A stretch of 64,000 nucleotides of DNA from Sandaracinaceae bacterium (GTDB lineage Bacteria > Myxococcota_A > Polyangia > Polyangiales > JAFGIB01). The translations under genes and the position numbers were made by a program. Shown piece after piece: positions 44,390 through 55,023 of the stretch (positions are counted from its first letter, which is position 1; every line of letters begins with the position of its first letter). A model generated the notes under the pieces. It made no database searches and was not told where the DNA came from. It worked only from the letters and a program-made list of their open reading frames with translations. The stretch is from positions 8,699 to 72,698 of the forward strand of contig JADGRF010000013.1 in NCBI GenBank assembly GCA_017881055.1. The letters are read 5' to 3'.

Positions 44390-45016
44390 TCAGCCTAGCG
44401 TACGATTCTGGCGCAGCAACGCTTCGGCCTGGCGCGCCATGCGCGGACGCCGCACGCGCTCGGCAACCACGATGCTGCGTATTCGCAGCTTGGCTTGTTC
44501 CAGCTGATCGTTCACCAGCACGTAGTCGAAGAGGCCGTAGTGTTCGATCTCGCGGCGCGCGTTGCTGAAGCGACGCTCGATGGTGGCCTCATCGTCCGAA
44601 GCACGTCCGCGCAGGCGTTCTTTCAACGCATCCATCGATGGTGGCAGCACGAACACACTGACAGCGTCGGGGCGCACCGCCTTGATCTGGCGCGCACCCT
44701 GGTAGTCGATGTCGAACACGATGCCGCGCCGCTGGTCACGCTTGGCGCGCTCGATCTCCTCGGCCGACGTGCCGTAGCAGTTCCCGTGCACTTCAGCCCA
44801 CTCGACGAACGCATCTGCGGCCACGAGCGCGTCGAAACGCGCTCGATCGATGAAGTGATAGTCCTTGCCGTCTTGCTCGTTCGCACGCGGCTTGCGCGTC
44901 GTGTGCGACACGGAGAACGTCAGATCGGGGAACTGCACCAGCAGGTCCCGCGTGAGCGTCGTTTTTCCGGCCCCCGACGGCGAAGAGATGATCAGGAGCA
45001 GCAGGTCGTCCACCAT
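44390..45016 (-). CDS. gmk: Guanylate kinase
   Basis: SPSGAGKTT, SVSHTTR.PR..E.DG.DYHF, EWAEVHGN.YGT, DIDYQGA, LPPS. Confidence 0.96.
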   Translation of the reverse strand: MVDDLLLLIISSPSGAGKTTLTRDLLVQFPDLTFSVSHTTRKPRANEQDGKDYHFIDRARFDALVAADAFVEWAEVHGNCYGTSAEEIERAKRDQRRGIVFDIDYQGARQIKAVRPDAVSVFVLPPSMDALKERLRGRASDDEATIERRFSNARREIEHYGLFDYVLVNDQLEQAKLRIRSIVVAERVRRPRMARQAEALLRQNRTLG

Positions 45017-45072
45017 CCAAAAACTCTACACCGGCCGTGGCACCGAGCGCATCTCTCAGGCGAGCGAGTTGA

Positions 45073-45585
45073 TCACTCGAGGCCGCGCTTGTGCTTGATC
45101 TGCTCCATCACGCGCGAGTATTCGACATCGAAGTCGGTCGTCCCCTCGGTGAGGTTCTTGATCTTCGAACGCACTTCGCGGTCGAGGTCGGAATCGACCT
45201 CCATGTGCTTGCGCAGGATCGGGGTGACCGCTTTCCGCAGCGCGGTGTCCTCGCCGAAGATCTCGGCGACATTCGAGCTGTGGAACAGGATGTTCATGAT
45301 CTGGTCGAGCAGGTAGGGCAGCACCTCGTCCTGGGTGGGCGCGCCGCGCTCCTTGCTGACCTGGCTCTTCATCTTGCCGAGCTGGCTGTAGCCCATGCCC
45401 CGGGCCTCCATGCGGTTCTTGGCGTCGTCGACGATCTCGCGCTCCAGGCGCAGGTACTCCTTCAGTACCGATTCGAGATCCACCCGCGCCTCGGCCTCGT
45501 TTTCGAGCTCGATCATCTCCTGCTCGCGCAGGGTCCGAATCGTCTCTTCCGCGATGACCTCGATTTTTCCTCGGTAAAGCCGCAT
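45073..45585 (-). CDS. DUF507-like helical protein
   Basis: MRLY..KI N-terminus and duplicated E..LD.EVR...Y motif ending K.KRGL; family from recall. Confidence 0.65.
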   Translation of the reverse strand: MRLYRGKIEVIAEETIRTLREQEMIELENEAEARVDLESVLKEYLRLEREIVDDAKNRMEARGMGYSQLGKMKSQVSKERGAPTQDEVLPYLLDQIMNILFHSSNVAEIFGEDTALRKAVTPILRKHMEVDSDLDREVRSKIKNLTEGTTDFDVEYSRVMEQIKHKRGLE

Positions 45586-45814
45586 GAACTCTGTAATTCC
45601 GTAGTTCTTCCGCGCAATGACTTCTCAACGGAGCGCGCGACGCTACTGCCCCGCCCAGCCAGCGTCAATGTGCATCCGCGTGCGACGCTTGGGATATTCG
45701 CCGGGTCGCAGGGGTGCCCTGGCCACCCCGCCCAACCGAGCTATTGTCTCGTTTCGGGGTATGGGTGTATGGAACACACTCGCTGAGTGTGGGATGGCGA
45801 GATAGGGGGGATTC

Positions 45815-46567
45815 ATGGACCAAGCGTCCGAGCTGGGGCAGTTAAGTGTTGTCCGTGGGGATCGCAGTGTGGCCGAGGCGCGCGAGCGCGTGTTGGCTAC
45901 GCTACGGAAGAGCGACGTCTTCGCGGGGTTCGATCGAGCGCAGCTCGGTCTCGTGGCGGAGGCATCGGCCTTGCTGCGGGTCGCCCGCCGCCGCCGACTG
46001 TACGCACAGGGGGAGCCGATCGCGGGCATCTACGTGATTGCCAGCGGCCGCGTGCGCGTAGTGCGTGGGGCCAACGAAGCCCGCGTACTGACGGTCGCGT
46101 ATCGCGGTGTCGGCGAGGTCATCGGTGAGATCGCGATCACCGATCGCGTCGCGCACGAAGACAGCGCCAGTGCCACCGATCCGGTGGAAGTGGTGCAGAT
46201 TCCCGTGCGCCAAGTGCGTGAGCTGCTGGCACGGGACACCGAGCTTGCTCGGCGCTTGTTGCAGCTGATGGTCGAGCGGCGCCTCGACACGGAGCGCCGT
46301 ATCGAGAGCCTATTGTCACGCACGGTGGAGTCGCGCGTCGCGGAGTTCTTGATCGACTCTGCGCAGCGCTACGGCATCCCCGACAGTCGCGGCCTTCTGA
46401 TCAGCGTGAAGTACACGCACCAGGAGATCGCCGACTACGTGGGCTCCACGCGCGAAACGGTGACGCTCACGCTGGGCGACCTGAAGCGCCGCGATCTCGT
46501 CATGTTCGACCATCGCCGGATCGTGGTGCGTGACGCCGACGCGCTCGCCCGCGTGCTCGAAGGGTAA
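45815..46567 (+). CDS. Crp/Fnr-family transcriptional regulator (MrpC-like)
   Basis: cNMP-binding-like domain (YVIASGRVRV, GEVIGE) and HTH THQEIADYVGSTRETVT. Confidence 0.9.
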   Translation: MDQASELGQLSVVRGDRSVAEARERVLATLRKSDVFAGFDRAQLGLVAEASALLRVARRRRLYAQGEPIAGIYVIASGRVRVVRGANEARVLTVAYRGVGEVIGEIAITDRVAHEDSASATDPVEVVQIPVRQVRELLARDTELARRLLQLMVERRLDTERRIESLLSRTVESRVAEFLIDSAQRYGIPDSRGLLISVKYTHQEIADYVGSTRETVTLTLGDLKRRDLVMFDHRRIVVRDADALARVLEG

Positions 46568-46644
46568 CGGTTATTCGCGCGGTTGCCTTGGCCACGTGCC
46601 TCTTCGTGCGTGACCGCGCCGAGAGGTGCGTGGTCAGCCGCCCG

Positions 46645-47178
46645 TCAGCCGCCATCATCGTTGTCCTGGATCGCGGCGAGCAGCTCGGCTTCTGCGCAGA
46701 GCACGTCATCGACCATGGCCAGGCCTTCGCACTTCCAGATGTTCGAGCGGTGCTGGATCACGCGTACGCTGATCTCGATTTGATCGCCCGGGGTGATCGG
46801 CTGCCGGAACTTGGCTTTGTCGATGCCCGCGAACACGAAGCGTTGCTTCTTCGGGTCCATCGCATCCGACGCGTACGCCAAGATGCACATCAGCTGCGAC
46901 ATGGCTTCGAGGCAGAGCACGGCCGGAAAGATCGGCGTGCCCGGGAAGTGACCCTGGAACACCGGCTCGTTCACGCTCACGCACTTGATCGCGCGCGCGG
47001 ACTTGCGCGGTTCGATGTCGAGCACGCGGTCGATCAGCAGAAACGGAGCGCGGTGCGGCAGGATCCGCAGGATCTTCTCGATGTCGAGCCGCAGCCCCCG
47101 CGGCAGCGGCAGCAGCCCCGCGTCACTTGGTCTTTGGCTTGGGATCGGAAGACGTCTCACTGCGACCTTCACCAGCAT
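46645..47178 (-). CDS. fabZ: 3-hydroxyacyl-ACP dehydratase
   Basis: ILPHRAPFLLIDRV, NEPVFQGHFP..P, EAMSQ, KFRQP.TPGD. Start uncertain; overlaps the skp 3' end. Confidence 0.9.
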   Translation of the reverse strand: MLVKVAVRRLPIPSQRPSDAGLLPLPRGLRLDIEKILRILPHRAPFLLIDRVLDIEPRKSARAIKCVSVNEPVFQGHFPGTPIFPAVLCLEAMSQLMCILAYASDAMDPKKQRFVFAGIDKAKFRQPITPGDQIEISVRVIQHRSNIWKCEGLAMVDDVLCAEAELLAAIQDNDDGG

Positions 47179-47689
47179 TGTAACGCTGGATGAGCAAGTC
47201 CGTAAGGTCGTAGTTGCTCGGGACGAAGATCACACCGGCTTCGTTGCGCTCTAGAACCAACGCGTAGCCTTCGGTCTGGCCGACGTGGCGCATGATGCGC
47301 TGCATGCGCTCGATGATGTCCTTGGTCAGGTCACCTTCCTTCGAGCCGAGCTCCTTCTGGAACTCCATGTACGTCGTCTGCAGCTCCGAGAACGCCTTCT
47401 GGTACTCCTCGGCCTTCTTGGCGAAGACTTCGCGCGAGAGCACATCGTGCTGCTTCTCGAGCGTCTCTTTCATCGCTTTGAGGTCGTTCTGCTGCTTGTC
47501 GAGCTGCTTCTGACGCTCCTCGAAAAGCTTCTTGAGGTTCGCCTTGGCTTTGCGGCCATCCTCGGTTTCGTTCATCGCGCGCTGCATGTCGACGACAGCG
47601 ATCTTCAACTGTTGAGCGTGAACACGCGTCGAGAAGCCGGTGGCGGCCAAGGTCAGGGACAGCGCGAGAACATAGTGAGACAACTTCAT
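47123..47689 (-). CDS. skp: OmpH/Skp periplasmic chaperone
   Basis: Signal peptide, KIAVVDMQRA, coiled coil, GYALVLE, YDLTD; follows bamA. Confidence 0.92.
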   Translation of the reverse strand: MKLSHYVLALSLTLAATGFSTRVHAQQLKIAVVDMQRAMNETEDGRKAKANLKKLFEERQKQLDKQQNDLKAMKETLEKQHDVLSREVFAKKAEEYQKAFSELQTTYMEFQKELGSKEGDLTKDIIERMQRIMRHVGQTEGYALVLERNEAGVIFVPSNYDLTDLLIQRYNAGEGRSETSSDPKPKTK

Positions 47690-47822
47690 GTCTTTGCCTT
47701 TCGTGCGGCTAGCTATCAACTTGGCTGGGCAAGTCAAGCGCGCGGGGTTGCGACGCGGACTCCAGCCCTCGGATTCATGGGGAAATTCAAGGTCGTGGCC
47801 AGTGTCTGGGAGTCGGTGCGCA

Positions 47823-50444
47823 TCAGAATGCGTTGCCGACGGTGAACTGGAACTGCACCGTGTCTTCGTACGGACGGCGCGGGCGGAACGGGAAGCCCCA
47901 CTCGAAGCGTAGCGGCCCGAGCGGCGAGAACCAGCGGATGCCGAAGCCCCATGCCGTCTTGAAGTCCGCGTGCAGGCCGCAGGGCGCGGTCTGCGGATCC
48001 ATGTTGCGCGCGGCGGGCTTGCACAGCGCCTTCTCGAGGTTCCAGGTGTTGCCGGCGTCCTGGAAGATCACGCCCTTGATGCCCACCGAGTCGATGATCG
48101 GGAACTCGATTTCGGCGTTGTAGTACAGCTCCATGTTGCCGCCGAACGGCTCGCCGCGAGCGCCGATGTTCTGGAAGCTCGGGTCTTCGAACGAGGTCGG
48201 GATCGCGAGGCGCGGCCCCAAGCTCTGAATCGGGAAGCCGCGCACGTCGAAGATGCCGCCGAGGAAGTAGCGCTCGTAGATTGGCACGCCCTTGCCGTCG
48301 CGCGAGGTGATCAGGCCCCACTGCGTATTCATCTTGAACACGAAGGGTCCCCAGATCGGCTGGTAGAAGCGGAAGTTGACATCGTTGCGGATGAAGTCGG
48401 CGGTCGAGCCCAGGTTGTGGTCCGAGATCTCGCTCGACGCTGTGGCAAGCACGCCCTTGGTCGGGAAGAGACGGTTGTTGCGCGTATCCCAGCTGAGCGT
48501 GACGCGCACCGCGCTCGTCCAGCCACTGTTGAAGAGGTTGCGCAGCGGCAGGAACGTGTAGAGCTGGTAGTTGAGGCCGCCGCCCGTACCGAACACGCCA
48601 CCGGTGGCGGGCGTGATGTTCACGTTCTCGAGGCGGTACGTTGCGTACAGGCGCAGGTGATCTTCGAAGTCGAAGATCGGCAGCGGATGGCCGAACGTGA
48701 TGCTGCCGCCGGTGGAGTCGCGATTGAAGTCGCGCTGCTGGCGCAGGATCTTGAACAGCTCGACCGATGCGCTCCAGTCGGTCGTACCCACGTACGGTTC
48801 GACGAAACGAATCTGTGCGAGCTGACGGATGCCGGAGAGCTGCAGGTTGAACGCGAGAGACTGGCCGCGTCCGAACAGGTTCTCTTGTTGCACCTGACCG
48901 TTGAGCAGGAACGTTTCCTGCGACGAGAAGCCCGCTCCCAGCTGGAACGTGCCGGTCGGCTTCTCCGCGACCTCGAAGTTGATGATCAAGCGGTCGGGGG
49001 CCGAGCCGTCTTCTTCCGAAACGTCGACGCTCTGGAAGTAGCCGAGCGCGACCATGCGTTCCTTGGAACGCTCGACCAGCGTCTGGCTGTAGAGCTGCCC
49101 TTCGAGGATGCGCGCTTCGCGACGCAGCACGGCGTCACGCGTCTTCGAGTTGCCCTTGATGTTGATGCGCTGGATGTAGACCAGCGGGCCGCGGCGGATC
49201 GTGACGGCCACGTCGACTTCGCGCTTGTCCATGTGCAGCGCGGTGTCGGGGACGATCTCGGCCTTGGCGTAGCCGCGGTCGCGGTAGTAGCGTGTGACGT
49301 CCTGCAGGTTCTTGGCGATGGTCGAGCGGCTGAACCAGTCGCCCGGGTTGAGCTCGACGCCTTCGCGCAGCTTCTTGCGGCCGGGCAGCGGCTCGATCTC
49401 CTTGCCCTGCTCGTCGACCTCCATCACGCGCACGCGACTGACCTTGAAACGCGGGCCTTCTTTGATCGGGATGGTGACGTCGATGTAGCGGCGATCGGGC
49501 GTGAGCTCGATGCGCGGCTCGCCCATCTCCACCGTGAGATAGCCGTGGTCGTAGTAGAGCGCGTGCAGCCGGTTGACGTCGTCGTCGAAGATCTCGCGCT
49601 TGTAGCGGTCGCCCGAGGAGACGAACGAGAATACGTTCATCTGGCTCGTCTGCATGATCGAGTGCAGCTCGTGATCGCTCATCTTGTCGTTGCCGACGAA
49701 GTGGATGCGCCGCACGCTGACTTCGGCGCCTTCGCTGATCACGAAGCTGACTTCGACTTCGTTGTTCGGCTTCTCTTTCAGCTCGTAGTGAACCTCGGCC
49801 AGAAAGAAGCCTTTTTCACCGTAGAAGTCTTTGATCTTCTGGACCTGAGTCTTGACCTCGGGGATCGACAGAATCGCGCCGGCTTTCAGCGTGACCTTCT
49901 CGGTGATGTCGCTCGTGTCGAGCGCGTCGTTGCCGACGTACTTGATCTCGCCGATAGCGGGGCGCTCGTCGACGATGAAGTGCAGGGCGATGTCGCGCTG
50001 TGCGCCTTCGTCGTGCGGCTCGCCTTCGACTCGCACGTCGCGGAAGTAGCCCAGGTCCCAGATGGCCTGCGCATCGCGCGAGACTTCGCCGTCGGTGCAG
50101 GGCAGGCCCTCTTTGAGCTTGATCGTCGCGCGGATGTCGTCGCCCGAGACGCGGCCCTGACCCTTCACGTCGATGTGTGAGATGCGCCGGCCTTGGCAGA
50201 TGGTCTCGGGAACGCTCGGACCGCTTGCGGCGGGAGCGGCGGCCGTGGCGTCCGGAGCCGCCGCTGCAACCGGTTCGGTAGGTGTCGGCGTCGCGGGCGG
50301 CAACAGGCGCTGCGCGTGGGCGCCGCGCGGCAAGAGCGCGCAGAAGCACAACGCAAGCACGAGCGCGGCTGGGCCCGCGACGTGTTGTGTGCCGCGTTGG
50401 GAGCCCGACCTGAGCGGAATGGAATTGGGCTCTCTCGGGGCCAT
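47823..50444 (-). CDS. bamA: Outer membrane protein assembly factor BamA
   Basis: POTRA repeats, GNSKTRD.VLRRE, NLFGRG, VRGF, GIRWFSPLGPLRFEWG, C-terminal Phe. Confidence 0.97.
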   Translation of the reverse strand: MAPREPNSIPLRSGSQRGTQHVAGPAALVLALCFCALLPRGAHAQRLLPPATPTPTEPVAAAAPDATAAAPAASGPSVPETICQGRRISHIDVKGQGRVSGDDIRATIKLKEGLPCTDGEVSRDAQAIWDLGYFRDVRVEGEPHDEGAQRDIALHFIVDERPAIGEIKYVGNDALDTSDITEKVTLKAGAILSIPEVKTQVQKIKDFYGEKGFFLAEVHYELKEKPNNEVEVSFVISEGAEVSVRRIHFVGNDKMSDHELHSIMQTSQMNVFSFVSSGDRYKREIFDDDVNRLHALYYDHGYLTVEMGEPRIELTPDRRYIDVTIPIKEGPRFKVSRVRVMEVDEQGKEIEPLPGRKKLREGVELNPGDWFSRSTIAKNLQDVTRYYRDRGYAKAEIVPDTALHMDKREVDVAVTIRRGPLVYIQRINIKGNSKTRDAVLRREARILEGQLYSQTLVERSKERMVALGYFQSVDVSEEDGSAPDRLIINFEVAEKPTGTFQLGAGFSSQETFLLNGQVQQENLFGRGQSLAFNLQLSGIRQLAQIRFVEPYVGTTDWSASVELFKILRQQRDFNRDSTGGSITFGHPLPIFDFEDHLRLYATYRLENVNITPATGGVFGTGGGLNYQLYTFLPLRNLFNSGWTSAVRVTLSWDTRNNRLFPTKGVLATASSEISDHNLGSTADFIRNDVNFRFYQPIWGPFVFKMNTQWGLITSRDGKGVPIYERYFLGGIFDVRGFPIQSLGPRLAIPTSFEDPSFQNIGARGEPFGGNMELYYNAEIEFPIIDSVGIKGVIFQDAGNTWNLEKALCKPAARNMDPQTAPCGLHADFKTAWGFGIRWFSPLGPLRFEWGFPFRPRRPYEDTVQFQFTVGNAF

Positions 50445-50519
50445 GTCGCGAGGCATCTGGCGGAACGGAAGCGTCTCTGTGCAGGGGCCGGGGCGCTATA
50501 TCTTTGGCACCCGCTAGGG

Positions 50520-51257
<738 letters not shown>

Positions 51258-51262
51258 GTGGG

Positions 51263-53428
51263 TTACTCGTAGCGCAGCGCGTCCGCGGGGCGGAGCTGGC
51301 TGGCGATCAAGGCCGGGTAAATGGTGACCAGCAGACACACGGCGATGGCCGCAAGGCCCGTGAGCGTGAACTCCATCGGGTCCATGTGCACGGGCAGGCG
51401 GTCGATATAGTACACCTCGGGGTTCATGCGAATGCCGAAGTGCTCCGCGGCGAAGCACATCATGTAGCCGAGGAACATGCCTAACGCCGAGCCGAGTAGG
51501 CCTATGAGGCCGCCTTCGATCACGAAGACGGAGACGATCGTGCGGTCACTAGCGCCCATGGCCTTGAGGATCGCGACCTCGCTCCGTTTTTCTTGAACCA
51601 TCAGAGTGAGCGTCCCCGCGATGCAGAAGCTGGCGACCAAGATGGCGATTCCGAGCGCGATGAACATCGCGAGCTTCTCGAGCGCCAGCGCGCCGAACAG
51701 GCGGCTGTTCAGCTCCTGCCAGTCGCGCACGCGAAGAGACGAAGCCTGCTTCGCGGATATGTCCCCTTGTCCCAGGCGCTTGCGGAGGGAATTGGCGATC
51801 AACGGCGCGTTGTCGACGTTCTTGACCTTGACCTCGACGCCGCTGATAGCGTGTCCCACGTTGAGGAAGCGCTGCGCGGTCGCCAGCGACACGTACGTGA
51901 ACTTCATGTCGTATTCGTACATGCCGCTGTAGAAGATGCCTGCTACGCGAAACGCGCGTGCTTTGGGCATCGGTCCCGACGGTCCGAGCGCGCCGAGCGG
52001 TGCGACTACGTTCACCTCGTCGCCGAGGTACAGGCGCAGCGAACGCGCCAGCTCTTGGCCCACGATGATGCCCGGCAGGATGTCGCGGTTCTTCGGCTCG
52101 CTCGACGACGGCTTGTCCTTGCGCAGAAACGCATCGAGGTCTTTGAGCTTCTTATCGAGGTCGGCGGCTTGTTGATCTGCGGTCGTCGTCGTTGGGGCCG
52201 GGGCGTCAGCTGCGCTGCCAGCCGCGCCGGTCTTCGCGTCGGCGTCGCGCAGCAGCTTCGAGGAAGCCTGGAACATGCTGGAGGTCGTGTCCGGCGGCAG
52301 ATCGAGCAGCTTCTCGGGATGGTCGAGATAGTCGAGGCTGCCCGTCTTCAAGTTGCGCGGTAGGTCGTTGACGCTGCCAACCGTTTCCGGCTCCACGCCG
52401 CGCAGCACGGCTGTCCCAAGATTGGTTGCGCTCGAGAGCATGACTTCGCCGCTCACGTAGGGCGACGCGCCGCTCACGCCTTCGGTCTCGAGCGCCGTCT
52501 TCACGAGCGGCGCCCAGCCTTCGATGCTGGCGTGGTCGCGATCGATCACGATGTGAGCGTTGTTGCCGAGGATCTTGCGTTTCAAGTCGTTGCGAAAGCC
52601 GCCCATGACCGAGAGCGTCGTGGTGAGCGCGCACGACGAGACGGTGACCGCGAGGATCGAGAGCAGTGAGATGGCCGCGAGAAAGCCGCTCTTCTTCGAG
52701 CGCAGGTGGCGTGCTGCGACGAGCGGCTGAAAACCGATCCGCTCGATCAGGTTCATCATGGGCGGCAGCGCGCGCACCAGCACGCGTAGCGCGAACGCCG
52801 TGGTGATCACGTGTCGCACGATCGGCTGCCAAAGATCGTGCGGCGAGCTGCTCGGTGGCTCGGCGGGCAGGAGCGCGATGGCCACGCCTGCGCCTGCGAG
52901 TAAGAGCGCGTCGACCACCAGCCAGACGCGCGCGCGCGCGGTCGAGCTGAGCAAGCTCCACGTCGAGAGCGCAGCTGCGAGCAGCACCGCGCCGCAGCTC
53001 GCGGAGATCACGCCGCACGCCGTGACGAGCGCCGTGTCGGAGGCGGATAGCGTCAGGCCGAAGCCGGAGAGCAAGTCCTGCGCGCGGGCATGGCGCAAAG
53101 CTAGGCTTGCCGCTGCGATCGACGCGAGCGCGTGCCCGATGCCGGCGCCGGAGAGCGCAACGTAGCGTCCGCGGCCCACGCTTCTGCGCGCGCGGCGCAA
53201 GTGCCTACGCAGGACCAGCCCGCCGAGCACCAGCTCGACCAGGATCGCCGTGCCCGTCGCGACACCGATGCGTAGCCCAAACCCGCGATCCAGAAACGAG
53301 CGCACCAGCAGCGACTCGTACTGGCCTGCGACCCAGGCGCTCGCGATCACCAGCGCGAGCGAGAAGGCTGCGTAGAAACCCGAGAGCACGCCGATGGGCA
53401 CGCGGGTCGGCGCGATGTCTGCGCTCAC
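51263..53428 (-). CDS. Lipoprotein-releasing ABC transporter permease (LolC/E type) with long N-terminal membrane extension
   Basis: LSVMGGF, F.SGMYEYD, WQELN..LF.AL.LEK, EVAILKAMGA, YYIDRLP, PADALRYE. GTGA-coupled to lysS. Confidence 0.9.
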   Translation of the reverse strand: MSADIAPTRVPIGVLSGFYAAFSLALVIASAWVAGQYESLLVRSFLDRGFGLRIGVATGTAILVELVLGGLVLRRHLRRARRSVGRGRYVALSGAGIGHALASIAAASLALRHARAQDLLSGFGLTLSASDTALVTACGVISASCGAVLLAAALSTWSLLSSTARARVWLVVDALLLAGAGVAIALLPAEPPSSSPHDLWQPIVRHVITTAFALRVLVRALPPMMNLIERIGFQPLVAARHLRSKKSGFLAAISLLSILAVTVSSCALTTTLSVMGGFRNDLKRKILGNNAHIVIDRDHASIEGWAPLVKTALETEGVSGASPYVSGEVMLSSATNLGTAVLRGVEPETVGSVNDLPRNLKTGSLDYLDHPEKLLDLPPDTTSSMFQASSKLLRDADAKTGAAGSAADAPAPTTTTADQQAADLDKKLKDLDAFLRKDKPSSSEPKNRDILPGIIVGQELARSLRLYLGDEVNVVAPLGALGPSGPMPKARAFRVAGIFYSGMYEYDMKFTYVSLATAQRFLNVGHAISGVEVKVKNVDNAPLIANSLRKRLGQGDISAKQASSLRVRDWQELNSRLFGALALEKLAMFIALGIAILVASFCIAGTLTLMVQEKRSEVAILKAMGASDRTIVSVFVIEGGLIGLLGSALGMFLGYMMCFAAEHFGIRMNPEVYYIDRLPVHMDPMEFTLTGLAAIAVCLLVTIYPALIASQLRPADALRYE

Positions 53429-55023
53429 GTGCTCTCCGGCTTGAGCAGCGGAAAGAGCAGCACGTCGCGGATCGAGGACTGCCCGCACAGCGACATCACG
53501 AGCCGATCGACGCCGATGCCGAGGCCTGCAGCAGGCGGCATGCCGTGCTGCAGCGCGCGAATGTAGTCGTCGTCGAAGTCCATGGCTTCTTGATCGCCGC
53601 GCTCGCGGTTCTCGAGCTGTGCGCGGAAGCGTTCGGCCTGATCATCGGGGTCGTTCAGCTCGCTGAAGGCGTTCGCGAGTTCACGGCCTTCCACGAACAG
53701 TTCGAAGCGGTCCACGAAGCGCGGGTCGTCGTCGTTCTTGCGCGCCAGCGGCGACTCTTCCACGGGGAACTCCGTGACGAAGACCGGCACCGACTGCGAT
53801 CCGTCCTTGCTGCGGTAGAGCTTGGTGAGCTCCGATTCGGCGATCAGCTCGAACAGCGCCGAGATCTGTCCACCGTAGGTATCGAAGCGGCGCAGGGCAT
53901 CGCGCGTGGCTTCGTCGGACGACGGCAGGAGCTCGCGCACCGCAGCAGCCAGCTTGTCCGCGTCGAAGATCACCTCGCGCGTCAGTACCTTGCTCCAGCG
54001 CGTGGGTGGCACGTCGTTCTGTCCGATACGCTCGATGCGGTCCGCGATCGCTTCGCGCTTGCTGACGCGCGCCCACGGCTCTTGGAAGGTCACGCTGCGT
54101 CCCTGCGCGAACCGTGGGAACGCGCTCCCGAGCTCGCTGTCGACTTCGCGCAGCATACGCTGCACCAGGTCGATCCAGGTCTCCCAGTTGCCGTACGCGA
54201 GGTACGCCTCGAGCATGGTGAACTCGGGGTTGTGACGCGTGCTGACACCCTCGTTGCGGAACACGCGACCCAGCTCGTACACGCGGTCGAACCCGCCAAC
54301 CAGCAGGCGCTTGAGGTACAGCTCCGGCGCGACGCGCAGATACAGCGGAACATCGAGAGCGTTGTGGTGCGTCGCGAACGGCTTCGCGGTCGCACCGCCG
54401 AGCAGCGAGTGCAGGATCGGCGTCTCGACCTCGAGGAACGCGTGGTTGTCCAAGAAGCGTCGCAGGGCTCCGAGGATCAAGCTGCGCGCACGAAAGACCT
54501 CCGCCACGTCCGGATTCGCGAACATGTCGACGTAGCGCTGCCTGTAGCGCAGCTCGACGTCGGTCAGCCCGTGCCACTTGGCCGGCGGCGGCAAGAGCGC
54601 CTTGCCGAGATGTTCGTAGCTGCGCGCCACGACGGTGAGCGCACCCGTGCGCGTCTTGAGCAGCGGCCCGCGAACCGAGATGTGGTCCGCGAGATCGACC
54701 GTCTCGTAGCGAGCCGCCTGCTCCGGCGGAAGGTTCTCGGGTCGCACCAACGCTTGTGCGCTGCCGTGCGGCGTTTGAATCACCAAGAACGGCCCGCGCT
54801 TCGCGATCACGCGCCCGTACAGCGGGTAGTGCGCAGCGTCCGGCGGCAGCTCGGCTTCGCCCGGCAGCACCGCGCGCGCGGCCTCGTCGTTCGCGATCCG
54901 CACGACGTCGCGTCGCAGCACGTCGTCGCCGACGAAGCTATTGGGGAACACGCGCTCGCCGCTCTCTTGCAATGCGGCTGCGTGCTTTCGGCGCGCGGCG
55001 ATCAGCTCTTCTTCGCTGGCCAC
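53425..55023 (-). CDS. lysS: Lysine--tRNA ligase (class II)
   Basis: RYRQRYVD, EVETP, GGATAKPF.THHNAL, APELYLKRL, FRNEG...HNPEFT, GLGIGVDRL, IRDVLLFP. Confidence 0.96.
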   Translation of the reverse strand: MASEEELIAARRKHAAALQESGERVFPNSFVGDDVLRRDVVRIANDEAARAVLPGEAELPPDAAHYPLYGRVIAKRGPFLVIQTPHGSAQALVRPENLPPEQAARYETVDLADHISVRGPLLKTRTGALTVVARSYEHLGKALLPPPAKWHGLTDVELRYRQRYVDMFANPDVAEVFRARSLILGALRRFLDNHAFLEVETPILHSLLGGATAKPFATHHNALDVPLYLRVAPELYLKRLLVGGFDRVYELGRVFRNEGVSTRHNPEFTMLEAYLAYGNWETWIDLVQRMLREVDSELGSAFPRFAQGRSVTFQEPWARVSKREAIADRIERIGQNDVPPTRWSKVLTREVIFDADKLAAAVRELLPSSDEATRDALRRFDTYGGQISALFELIAESELTKLYRSKDGSQSVPVFVTEFPVEESPLARKNDDDPRFVDRFELFVEGRELANAFSELNDPDDQAERFRAQLENRERGDQEAMDFDDDYIRALQHGMPPAAGLGIGVDRLVMSLCGQSSIRDVLLFPLLKPEST

